Source: the human T2T-CHM13v2.0 reference genome, Homo sapiens
Length of the DNA stretch: 64,000 nucleotides
Strand: one strand, 5' to 3'
Assembly: GCF_009914755.1 (NCBI RefSeq)
Contig: NC_060928.1
In this document: one piece after another, positions 31,428 through 44,670 of the stretch
Numbering within the stretch: position 1 is the stretch's first letter
Layout: the number at the start of each line of letters is the position of its first letter
Notes under the pieces: generated by a model
What the model was told of the DNA's origin: nothing
The model's database searches: none
What the model saw: only the letters and a program-made list of their open reading frames with translations
Position numbers and translations under genes: made by a program

Positions 31428-32100
31428 CAGTGATTCTCAGCCCTGTTGGACCCCAAAATGAGCTCTCCTTAGAACAAATATTTTGTGACATCCCTTTATG
31501 AGTCCTAAAATGAAATTTATAGATAACTCACTACACACATAATTTTTAAAAATCAATACAATGCCCCAATGGTGAATAGAAGAAAGAAAGGGAAGTAACT
31601 TATTTCTAAATGTAAAGGTTTGGGCAGACTTAAAAAAGACGGATGCTAACCCCTTATTCAAAATCACCATGATGTGACAGCTTCAAATCCAGACGGATGC
31701 AGTTGGTAATTCTGGCAACTCAAACACAATCGCACTGATTTCATTAATGTGATTTTTTCCCAGCAAAGTTTGATCATCCTTTGATTTGCACAGTGGCTGT
31801 ATATCTGAAGAATTCAGTGTATACTAAGGCAGTGCAACAAATATAGGTAAAATGGGATTACGTTTTTTTTTTCACCAGTAGTAATGGTGGACATTCCAAA
31901 GTCATGCCGATGGACATCAAGTCTTTTTTGTTGTGCGGGCTGCTTCCATGCATTGTAGGATCTTGGTTACAACTGAGTCCCCCTCAGTGAATGCCAGTAG
32001 CACATCCACCTCCGCCCCAACGCTCTAATGCGGAAGATTCCCCCATGCAATTCCACCACGTCCCCTAGAGGGTGGAACTGTCCCCACTGAATACCATCTA
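31428..32100. mobile_element. hAT-Charlie-type DNA transposon fossil(s)
   Basis: cagtgattctca start; MER20-like segment (tgcattgtagga...atgccagtagcac) at about 31930-32090. Confidence 0.45.
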
Positions 32101-32899
32101 GTTGCCAGATTTCTCTAGTAGCTGTACTTTTATTTGTCATCCCTTTGGAGAACAGTTTATGTCCATTAGACAAGTTAATGCTAAGGAATTCATAGAGAGT
32201 TCACATCTGCAAATTTCCCTTCCTGAGCAGGATGCCCCAGTCAATTTAACTGGCCATAAATTGTTTAAAATTAGAGAGATGTTGTGTACCTCATTGCAAT
32301 ATGGCATTCAGTGATACTAGATCAAATCATATCACGAAGTAATTATTGATATGCAGTACATGCCTTTGACCTTCTCTCTGGAAGCCAGGTAGCTGATATT
32401 ATTATTCACAATTTTAGGTAAAAAGCCTATCCTGTGGCAGATTTCTAGATATTGTCCCATTCAACAATTCTTTGCTGAACACCACTTATGGGTCAGGTGC
32501 TGAGTGAGATGAATAAAAGATGATTAAAATGCACTTCCAACTCAAGGAGCCCCCAGCATCATGACAAAGACAAATACTTGTGATAAAATGTTATAGATGC
32601 TTTATAAAAGAAGCATGTTATCTTTTTCTGCTCTTTGTGGTAACTGCGATTACAGGGGAGTGCAGGATACCCTGGCAGCACTTACAAAGGACACTGTTCA
32701 TCCTGGAGGTGTTGACATTGGACCTGAGCCTTGAAAGACATGTAGAACTTGAATGAAGAAGACAGGGCAGAGAAAGAAAGAGAAGGGGGCTGGAAATAAG
32801 GGAAAAAATATATCAGGCAGAGTAAAGAATTCATAGAGAGGCACAGAAGCACCCACCCATGAGCCTGAAAGAACAAGGAACATTTAAGAACCCAGAAGG

Positions 32900-33248
<349 letters not shown>

Positions 33249-34349
33249 TTAGAGATCTTGAACACCATGGCATTTGAATAGATGTCAAATGCAAGAGGGA
33301 GTCTGGAAGGATTTTACAGGGGAGGGGATGGGATCATATCTCCATTTTAGAAAGATTAGGCTGCAAAGGTCAAATAAAATCTTTTGGAGTTTCCAAGGAG
33401 CTGCTCATCACAATCTGCTAAACCACCAAAATACAGCAGAAACTTGTCTGCTTTTGTTACTTTCAGAAAGAATTTGAATCCAACATCCTCATGCCACGAT
33501 TATTGTGAAAAATAGAAGTTCTGCATTTTGAAAGGTCGTTATGCCAATAATGGATAACATTTATTAAGCGCCATGTGTGTCCCAAGTGCTTTATGAATTG
33601 TATCACTGAATCTTCACAACCCTGAAGAAGGGATTATCATCATGCCTATCCTGCGGATGAAGAAATCAAGGCGAGAAGGTTAAACACTGTGCCCAAGGAC
33701 GGATAATACCATAGGGGACAGATCTGAACCCAGGTGGTCTACTTGGAAATTCTACATTCTGTGTGACATTAGACCTAGGAGGTCTAATTTTGTGAGGAAA
33801 ACAAAAATATCCAATGTACTTTTCAGAAAATCTATTGGGGAAATAGTGATCAATTGCATCATATTATACATATCCTATTGATATCAGGGGATTGTAAGTC
33901 ACGGAGAGCTTATGCTGCATTATGAAAATGTGGAATAAAATAAAGCATGAATAAAAACACTAGATGATAAATATTTCTCCCTTTACACATGAGAAATGGG
34001 ATTCCAGAGGGTGACTGAGCATGGATTTTGAAGCTGTAATGCTTGGGTTAGTTTTCTGGCTCTGTCACTTAAAAGTGGAGTGACTTTGGGCCACTTAAAT
34101 TCACTGTGTCTCAGTCTTCTCATTTGTAAAACAGAGACATTAGTACTACCTTTTTGCTTATGGTTGCCTTGAGAAGAAGTTACAGACACTGTCTCAGGTC
34201 ACTTGCATTCTAGTGGGCAGAAAGCTGTGTAGTAAGGATAAATAACAGAAAGCAGATGAAATACTTTAGAATAAAAATGAAAGCCTAAGTACTGCGGGAG
34301 GGCAGATATCACTGTTGATTAGGGGTAGGGAACAGAGAAAATGGTCCTA

Positions 34350-34690
<341 letters not shown>

Positions 34691-36232
34691 TTAAAATAAA
34701 TGTGCTTTTCTAACCAAAAAAAAGCACATTTGACATAGTAAATTTGCTTTAAAATGGTTATGTTCCAAAGTGAACAGATTGTACACTTGTCCAAATGGAT
34801 AATTCCTTATTTTCCCCAGCTGTTTTATTTTTGTTATTATTAGCTACTTCTCATGGTGGAGAATTTACCAGGTTGACTTGAATCCATAGGAAATTTTCTA
34901 AACTGAGATAATCAAAAAACTTCCTGAAAGTAGATACAGTCACAACCAGGAATCTGACAAATTTCACTGGGTTGGCATCATTTTACCTTTGCATAATCTA
35001 AAATATTTATTTAGTATACGTTCAGGAAAACTAATAATTTACAGGCATGTTAAACTATTAAGGGAACAAACTGTTAACATATTTTTGTATGTACATGGCT
35101 ATTTTAAAATTGCAATTAAACAGTAGTTAATGACATTATTCTGACAGGAAATCCTTATTTAAATTGCTAGTTTCATGACTTGAAAGTAATAAAAACTGAA
35201 TGGCAAGAGGTATTTCATATTTTCCAACAAATTTTATTAGCCTATTCATGAAATTATCCAGGTTAGGAAGACCTTTCTTCATTAAAGTGAGGCAGTTCTG
35301 TGTTACTGAAAACTTTAGAGACGCCCTATGCATACAAAAACAAAATTTAAATGGAGATGACATATTGAATTTATGGAAATGTATTTCCAGTTTGCTTTTT
35401 GCTTATGGTAGTATTAGAAGGCATCTTAAAATACAGGTCAGTGGAAGCACGTGCTTATTTTAAGGAGAATGGAGTTGAATGTGAAAATTATTTGATAGAA
35501 TTCAGAGGTAACATATCCATGAACTGTTTTGCTGTGGTTTTGCATGGAGGTCCCCACCCAATTGTCGTCCCTGGGAAGACTGTGGGAGAGGACATGGGGC
35601 TCCAGGCAGGTAAGCACGCATGGTCTCAGTCTAATAAAATCAGATGCTCCTCAAATTGCCTCTCCAGCGCCTCTTTGAGAACTAATCCTATTCTAGTAAT
35701 TTACCTAATTGTATCTTCAGTTGTTTCTCTTTTACCAAAGGACACTTATTTTTGCTGAAGTGATTGTTCTTATTTCTGATGCTGTCTATACTTTTGTCTC
35801 ATGTGCTCAATTTTATTATTTTCTGGTTACTGCCTTCAAATGTTATTGGCTAAACTTGAGCACTTTCTCATGAACTTAAAACAGTTTAGTTGGTTTAGAA
35901 AACAAATTCATCCAACATAAAAGGTTGAAACCATGAATAGGCTGTTTACTTGCAAGCTGATTTAAATATGCAACAGGGACAATCCTGGGAGGCTTTTCGT
36001 ACTGAAGTGACAAAACACAGTAATTTTATTAAAAAATTCTGCTAATTATAAAAACTACCCATCTTACCAAACTAGAGTTAATACACTCCATTTCATGTTT
36101 TATTTAGCTGGATTAAAATGAAGGGATATTTTATAAATCACTGGGATACACCTTCTCAGACTAGTTACTGCTGGATTTGAAGGTTTTAGAAAGCAATATA
36201 ATTTCTAGAACTAGCAATCAAAACTTCAACAA

Positions 36233-39200
36233 TTTTAAGTAATGGTAAAGTTTATTTCATTTTTAATAACAATTAGAGGACAAAATGTTTAAAATTTGCA
36301 GTTTAAAACATGCACATTCACAAAAGGCCAATGACACATAACACTGCATAGAAATAATATTACTCAATTTTAATAACTATAAAACACAGTGCATCAAACA
36401 TCAAGATAAACAAACCTGAGAAAACTACTATAACCACAGATTCAATACTCTCCACTCATGCAGCTTCACAATTTCTACAGCAGTTTCAGCAGGAATGGTT
36501 TTTCAGGGAGCTGAAAATACTACTTTATCTTTAACGCAAAACTGCAGTTTTCTGTAGTAGCTGCCTTCCAAGGCTGCCCTGTTTTTCTTAACCTAATAAA
36601 CTTGAAAATGTAAAAAATGACGATTAAAGTAGTTAAACAACAGATAGTATTTACTGCATTTATGGCTTCCATTTAGAACCATGAAACATAAAAATATTAT
36701 TTTTAACTATTCTGCTCACATCTTTGCAAGAACAGATTTACCTGTGGAAAGTTGCTGTTAATTCAAAGTAAGCAAATATGAAATCTAGTTTTCCTACTTA
36801 AGGGAGATTTATTTGCTGAGAAGTTTTGGGAGCTTTATTAAGAAAAGTTCTTAGAGGCAAGCTAAACAAAAGATTCAATTAAATTTGTTCAAATTTCTTT
36901 GTAAAATAATCTACTTATTAAAAAAGTTGTGCAGAGGACCAATTAATTTGTCTACTGAATTTTAAATTCCAGGTAGGCCGTGATAGAACTTTACAAGGCA
37001 GAAATAAACATCAAGATTTACAGCAATAGCCATGCATTGGCCTGGATCACTTTAAATATGAACTCATGCAAACCATAAACCTATCAAAAACACAGCTGTT
37101 CTCATACAGAAAGTAAATCAAGACGAAATATGGAAAACATTTATTTCCTTTCCTTCAAAATTTAACTTACATTCCACTTTAATAGCTGTTGAAGGTTAAT
37201 TAAAATGCAGCAAAGTATAACTACGTTACACAAGTGACTTCAGTTATTTTAATGTGAGAAAAATCAGACTATGGTATCTTACGAGTCATTATAGAAATGC
37301 TCATCATTAAAAAGCATTTATTAGGCACTGAACTGCATGATGTTACCTTAAGTCATTTACAAAAGAATTCCTGGTCCATGTGATGTGAATGGGCTGGGCA
37401 CTTTCTCCATAAATTTTGTAGATGACTATTTGTAAGATTATACACTTAATAGGTTTTAAAACCAGGAACTATCAAAGGGCAACTGCACAAAAATAAACAC
37501 GATTATTTAGCTTTGTAGTAATTATGACATTGTCATAATTTTAAAACTATGAATAATACAATCTATTACTTTCTGACTAGCATTCATTTCCCGAGAAAAC
37601 ATTTTAAATGACAAGTTGTAAGTGTTGTACAGTGCACGCAATGCAAAACAAATTATCATGTGACTTTCACATTGGATATTTAGAATGCTGAACGGCAAAA
37701 TTAAAGTATAAAATTTAATGATCAGAATGCTGACTGATTTCCATAATTCATTTCCCCTCTGGAAATTAAAGAGGAATCACTGATTCCATTTAATGACCAT
37801 ACAATTCATGTAAATGGCTAACATTATTTAGCAGAATACACATTCACCTGACTTGATTAGAAAAAGTTTTCCATTAACTTAGCAACACTGCTGAAGCAGT
37901 CTCACATTAGAGCACAGAGTGGAGGTGGGAGGACGGGAAGTACATATATCATTTAAAATTTACAACGTTCCTGAGAAACACTGTTTTCCTAATAATATCT
38001 ACAATATAACATCTTTCTGGGTGTGAGACACCAATATATTTTTATATGTATATATAAAACATTTAGAAAGTCCATGCTCAATACCACTGTATACTATTCA
38101 ACATTAAAGAAGCAACTTCCAGCTTTTCAATGCTAAATGAATGAGGATTTTCTATTATAAGTCGTATTGTCTGAATTGTAAACATTGTAAAGCAACTGTG
38201 TTAGCATTTGCCAGAGTCCCTATAAGGAACTTTTTAATTGAAGAGTACGTGTCCTTTATTTCAAAAAAACACATGTTAAAAGTCACATTGACTGTTTATT
38301 TCAATCCTGGTAAAACCATGTGACTTTTTTCCAGTTAAGGAAGGTTTAAAAAATCAGACTATTTTCTCTAATTTAACACTGTAAAGTCACTGCAATTGCA
38401 ATGTTATATTTTAAGTTTCACCAAGAAGGTCATTCCCTGTCCCTCAAACCCCAAGTCTCACCCAGGAAGCAAAGAGACTGACAATGTCAATAATTCAAAA
38501 ACAGGACGATGGGACAAAGAGGCTCAAATGAGTCACATTTCAGATCATGTTACACATTATCAACCGTAAGTATTCTTCTCATGTTTAAGAGCTCCACAGA
38601 AACAATCCACGTTTCAAGATTAAAATAAAACTTACATTTTTAAGTCAGAAAATCCAGTTCTATTATATCCATAATGTTTTTATATTAAAATTCTGCAGAA
38701 GGGTGCCACTGATGAAGTGAGCGCAAACAGAAGCAGCTCTTCTCTATTAACAGAATTAAACACTACAAAGTGTTTCTCTGGAGGGGTGCATTTCACTCTT
38801 GCTTTCTTATTTTTTGTGGTTTGACCTCAGCTATCACCACTGGGAAGCCCAGGAAAAGCTGCTCTGAATATTCATTCACTGGACAGGTAAAGACTGGGAC
38901 TTCAGAATTTTGAAGACGATCTTAGACTCTTACACCTGTGGTCTTGCTAGATGTGTTGATTCATGACTCTCTCAATCTGTACCCCAAACAGGAAGGGCTT
39001 GGGAAGTAAAGTATGTAAACGTGTGTTCCCTTAAGGTTAGAATTATGTATATGTGTTATAACCTCTTATTTGTAGAAAATGGAGAGGCATACTGGTAACT
39101 AAGGAGCTACAAATACAGACAAGGAAATGACATATATCCTAATTTTAAATCTAGATTGAGAAAAAGGGTGAAAAGAATGTGAAAATATTAAACTCGAGAA

Positions 39201-40775
39201 GCGATCTGAAAAAAAATCACCTCTTCTCAATTCTAGTTGACTTTTTTTAAAAGAGAAAGTTCTACCTATTTTGCTGGTAAGTCCATGTAAAGGCAAGCAG
39301 GCTTTTGAGTAAAAGGCAAATAGTTTGCTTCAATCTCTGAAGTGTATCTGAAAACTAATTCCTTTTTTTCAAATGAAAGTATTATTTAAAAAATAGTGTA
39401 GAAAACTGGTTGTGGTTTTTAAACAGCCCCTTCATTTACTGTTGGTAGCAAAATAGCCATTTTCAGATGTCTTGTAAATGCTGAAAATAATTGAACTGAA
39501 GATACATTTTAAAACATACTAACAAAAGCTACTCATGATGAACGTGTCCTCTGACTGTAAAGTTACCGGCCTGAGTAAAATCCGCATTTTTTAAATGGGG
39601 AAAATGTACTACCTATTTGTCCCAATAAGCAGCATGTGACGAATTTTGGGAACTATTTGATGAGTGAACTGTGAAATAATTTTCAGTCTTCAGTATAGGG
39701 GGCAGTCACCATAACACTGGGTGTGCTACACAAGACACAGGCATCTCTAGTGGGAACTGGAACACAGGACAAAAGCCCATGCATTTATCTGACATGTTAT
39801 TCCAAATATTGCAACAGAAGCTTTGGAAATCCCACGTAAATACGTAGCATATGTTTCTTAAGAGGAAAAACTTTAAGACAAAATGACATCACTCAATCTA
39901 CTGCATTAGCCAGATTTTTAGAAAAATCTAAATGATGATGAAACTTCATCAGAAATACCTGAAACATACATAGTTTGAAAAATCAGTGTCATAACAACAG
40001 AGTCACATTAACACGTGTGTCCTCTAACAAATAAACACGACAAACAACAAAGAAGCATTTGTAAGGCCAAAGGTGCAACATCACCGATTTTAGTAGCAAA
40101 TGCCTTGAAATATTCATTTTTGTAAATCACTCTTACATTTGGAAAGTCAGGCATGCAGATCTTACAGCGGAACTGGAAGTAAACTTTCTCTTACATTTCT
40201 GGGCATATGACTACTGAACTAGAAAAACACTTACTGAACCTCTTTGGCAAACATTTATCAAGACAATTTTGGACACAAATGCTTGTTTAGAAATTTTGCT
40301 CAGGAAGGTGAGTCAGTTCCTTAAGAATGCTGGTTTGTTTCAGCATATCCTGAAATCTAAGTCTGGATACCAAGAGTCCCTTTAACTAAATATCATTTAG
40401 AGTTTTTTAATGGTTGGTTACCTTGTGGTACAGCCAATAAACTGACAGTCAGTTACAGCCCCACAGTAATGGCATAAGAATACTGACTTATTCTCCGTTT
40501 AAGAAAGCCCTCTGGCAAGATACCAGGTCATTTTCAATTTCCGTTTACAAAGACTTAGCAAATACCTTAAAAAAATCCAAAAGAGATGGTGTTACAGTAC
40601 AGTTGCACAGTGCTTATGTCTATAATATACATGAATCTGAATGTCCATCAGCGAGATGAGCTCAGATCTACCTTTCCTCTTCATGGACCAGACTGGAATT
40701 GGTTAGCAGACTGCGGTGACAACCTGGTAGCTCTCCTTAGAGAGGTAACAGAGCCTGCCTTTCAGGCTCTCCCCA
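36233..40775 (-). other. ATP8A1: ATP8A1 3'UTR (about 4.5 kb)
   Basis: Continuous transposon-free AT-rich sequence downstream of the TGA at 40776-40778; the 3' end is inferred from the poly(A) signal. Confidence 0.75.
36251..36256 (-). terminator. ATP8A1: ATP8A1 distal polyadenylation signal (AATAAA on the - strand)
   Basis: TTTATT at 36251-36256 at the end of a long repeat-free 3'UTR-like block. Confidence 0.7.
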
Positions 40776-40873
40776 TCACCATTCGTCGGGCCTCTGTTTC
40801 GTGGTATCATATGCTCTTATCACTTCAGACTGTGAAACGATTCCATTTTCATCTTGAGAGAACGCATACCCAT
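40776..40873 (-). CDS. ATP8A1: Phospholipid-transporting ATPase IA, last coding exon
   Basis: (H)[31 protein letters not shown], including the P4-ATPase C-terminal GYAFS regulatory motif; acceptor ctacag|AT; 98 nt. Confidence 0.97.
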
Positions 40874-41319
40874 CTGTAGGTTAATGATAAAACAGAAATT
40901 CTCACAAAGGCACTGGAAACCACCGTTATTCTGACTTTTGGGTATTCATTTTCTAGCCTGGGGAACAAATGCAGCCTTCCCACATTCAAAAGCATGGAGA
41001 CACTGATTTTTAATGCCTAGAAAAGATACAGACTTAACTTCAAAATAAAGAGTGGGATGATCTTAGGTTGCCAGTTTAGATTCTAGGTATTCTTCTCTCT
41101 AGAAGACTGAGTAGGCACCCTCAATTCCCCTAAATCCTCTGTCCCGTAAGTCAACTCCAACTCTTCTAATTTTTGCTTCCCCAATTCTGGAGGGGGTGAG
41201 GGAGTTGAGTCAAGTGGGCTCACATATTTCCACATAGGTCAGGTGGATGAGAGGAAAGGAAAAGTGATATGTAGGTGAGGTGGTGAATAATGTAATTGAT
41301 TCAACCATCCCACCATGTA

Positions 41320-41654
41320 CGGTCCCTTGGTATCTGTGGGAATGGCTTCAGGGACCCCCTTAAATATCAAAATCCACGGATGCTTAAATCCTTTATATAA
41401 AATGGCACAGTATTTGCATATAACCTACACACATTCTCTCGTAGACTTAAAATCATTTCTAGATTACTTATAATACTTAATACAATGCCCTCACATCAGT
41501 TCATTCTAGTGGATTCAATGTAGTATTTCGTCCATGGCAAGTTCAAGTTTTGCTTTTAGGAATTTTGTGAATTTTTTTTTCCCCCTTGAATATACTTGAC
41601 TCACAGCGGGCTGAATCCACAGATGTGGAACCCACTGATAGAAAGGGCCAACTG
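41320..41654. mobile_element. MER2 (TcMar-Tigger) inserted in an L1MA 3'-end fragment (about 41270-41715)
   Basis: TA target duplication at 41318-41319 and 41655-41656; inverted ends; MER2 core cagtatttgcatataacctac; L1 tail resumes with catcaaaacatcac. Confidence 0.8.
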
Positions 41655-42486
41655 TACATCAAAACATCACCTTGTACTCCATAAATATAGACAATTATTG
41701 TTTGTCAATTTAAAAAGGCGAGGAGGAGGAGATAAACACAAATAGCTGCTCATGGTGGCAAGTGGTCTCCTTCCTTCAGAGGACATTCCCCTTGGCTCTC
41801 AGCATCACAAATAAACTCACTCACGCCCCGACATGGCATGGGCATAAGGAATGGCCCCCAAGGGGATCACATCTTTAGAAAAGGCCTCTTGAAGTATAAA
41901 GAGCAAAAGCATTAGACATGAGTATACGTAAGTGAAAATAAATTATAAGTGGAAACAACATGAAACAAAAGATATATTACTCACACAAATACATTTACTA
42001 CAGGGCTTTACATTTTATATTCTTTTTTAGATCTTGAAATGTTAAGAGGGCACAATATCTAATAATGTCTTACAACTCTAAATATTCATAAATATTTCTG
42101 AAGGGGAAAATATATGCTTCCTTGTGTTGTATGAAAGCTGAAAGGCTCTTGCAAAGTTATTCAAGTAGAAAAGATAACAAGACAGGGGCAGCTTTTAAGA
42201 ATTAAGATTTACTGGCTTTAAAGAAAAAGATTTGAGGAAGCAAGGAATGTGGAAATACTGTTTTTCTTTAAGTGAAACAGCAAGATTTTAAAATTAACTA
42301 TCTCTTCTGTTGAAAGTGAAATGGTTCTGACCAATGGATTTTCTGTTATTTACAGGTTACAAATATGCAAAACTTATTTTAGACATTAGTTTTAAATAAA
42401 TATCCCTAAAGTCAGGATACTGTATAAATGCTATGATACAGCAATGGCAGAGAATTTATTTAAAAATAAGAAACTCAAATACTCAC

Positions 42487-42578
42487 GGAGCAGATTTTGT
42501 TGCAAGGATTCAGAGCGGTACAAGTTCACGTGGTTCTTCTTAAAGACGTTCTTGAGCAGTTGCGCCCTCTCGGTCAGG
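42487..42578 (-). CDS. ATP8A1: ATP8A1 penultimate coding exon
   Basis: (S)LTERAQLLKNVFKKNHVNLYRSESLQQNLL(H); ctgcag| acceptor and |gtgagt donor; 92 nt, phases match both neighbours. Confidence 0.97.
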
Positions 42579-44469
42579 CTGCAGAGCAGGTGCAAATGTG
42601 TGAAATGAATTATCAACTCGGCAGAGACCCCAGTGTGCCCACAGGACCACCAAAGAGAGTTAGACTTAAACAAAAGATTGCTCGAGAAATCCGTAGCCTA
42701 GTGATTCTTTTTACACATTTTCTCAGATAGCGAATGAAATTTCAAGTATTTAGACAGACTTTTGAGGCCATTTTCTCCCTAAGGAGTTTGGTCCCCAATA
42801 ATCCTTCTCCCAGTAAAAAGTAGGATCTCCTCACCACCCCCCACTCAGTTATATTTAAGTCAAATGGCAACACAGAGCCAGTATAACACAATTAAAATAA
42901 AAAAATACAAAACAACAGTAGTGTTATTCACTTTTAAAAACTGACTACATATATTCTAAGCATGGCAATTTTTAGAATAAAAAATTAGTTATTACTATTT
43001 TTTTCACATTTGGCACGTTTTGGTATAAACTATTTTTTAGTTAAAAATATTAAAGTAAATATTAACTAACATTACACAAAGAAGACATTTCATAGACTTT
43101 TTAACTAGAAGTTCACTACCACTAATATGGTATGACATGTGTTCCTTAATTTTATTTTAAAATAAACTATTTTCAGAAAAATAATTATGGTAGGTGAAAT
43201 AACAAGGAAAGTATTTTTCAGGAAGTGTTTAGAATAGTTGTCTCCTCAGATACAAATCCAGATAATTATGTAACTTCTAAAAGCACATTGTAAAAAATAA
43301 GGCATCTTCTCCCCCAACTTCCCATAAAAGTGTCTCACACAGTAGAAACTCAAATATTTGTTGAATACGTGAAGTTGAGTAATAATTCTGAAATGTACTT
43401 ATAGACATCATCCATCTTCCAAATCATGCCATTTCTTCATTGTTTTATAAAATTGTTTTGATATTAAAGAACATAATAGGCATGAGAAACAAATAAGTAA
43501 TCCATATGTGTTGCAGCAAATGTTTATGCAATTTTAATAACTGGAACTGATTCAGCTGAAAAATTTCCATCTTGTGTTTTTCCCACTATAAAAGCTTTAG
43601 TTAAATTGCTGTGTTATGTTAGTTCTGTATTTTGCCAATTTTTCTAAGACCCTGAAATGAAACAATATCATATACAAAAAAAGGATCCTCTGCAAAATGA
43701 ACTCATTGTGTAAATGAATTATGCAAACATTTAGGCAAAAACCGAAGAAAAAATATTTAGAAATGTTAACATTTGTAGTAATCTTCCACATATATATTTT
43801 AAAGTCTAGGGAGGTTAACTGGTATTATTGGACATATTTTATTGTCATTGGAAATTAGCTACATGAAGGCAAGAAAACTAATTAATCTAAAACTCCAGCA
43901 GTTCTGCAAATAGTTGTAAAACTTGTTTCTGTCAGTGAAATAAACAGATATGAGAAATGAGAAAGGGCCATTTTTACAGAGTTGCTTTCTTACTCTACTC
44001 TTTAAATGATCTAGCATTACAGACCCATGGACCCTGAGGGACACTAAAATATGTAACTGCTTTGAGGAAGTCGCAGCTTTAGCAGCAGGTGGTCTGACTT
44101 CCTTAGCAGAGCCTTGTGGATGGGGTGCTGGAAAGTCTTTGGTGTTTCAAACCGAAATGACTACGGGAGACTAGAGGATGGCAATGTATCATTATGCAGC
44201 ATCTTCTTCCCAAAAGACATTTTCCAGGTTTCAGGCTGGCCTTCCTAAATGCATAATACTTTAATATTACAATATTAAAGTGGTAAGAAGGCAGACATGA
44301 GAATTTAGTCTTTCATATTACAGCAACTGAAATACATAAGGTAACATAATTCCGTTTTGTACAGTTCATATAAAGGCTCTCATTAGCTCTTCTTTTATAT
44401 CAAGTTAACGTACAGCATTAAAACAAAGCAGTAAGAAAGTCTCTTTCTTAAGAAAGAAGCACATTACTC

Positions 44470-44670
44470 AGGAAAGATCATGGGCTCTGGAGTAGGGCTT
44501 TGGTTTAATTTTGCGTTGGCTGCTTATTAGCTGGGTCACCACAGGCAAGCTTTTCTCTGTCATCTCCTATATATCAGGAGGGCAGTACTTAACTCTCAGG
44601 CAGACTGTGAGGATGCAGGGAGCTGTCAGCACAATGACTGACACTTAGGAAGCACTCAACAAATGCTGGG
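44470..44670 (+). mobile_element. MIR
   Basis: catgggctctggag...gctgcttattagctgggt...gcactcaacaaatgct. Confidence 0.55.

Noticed and set aside
35399-35758. Plus-strand ORF with splice-like sites (ttttaag|gag, cag|gtaagc) between SHISA3 and ATP8A1
   Set aside because: No homology, promoter or partner exon could be identified; isolated splice-like motifs are common
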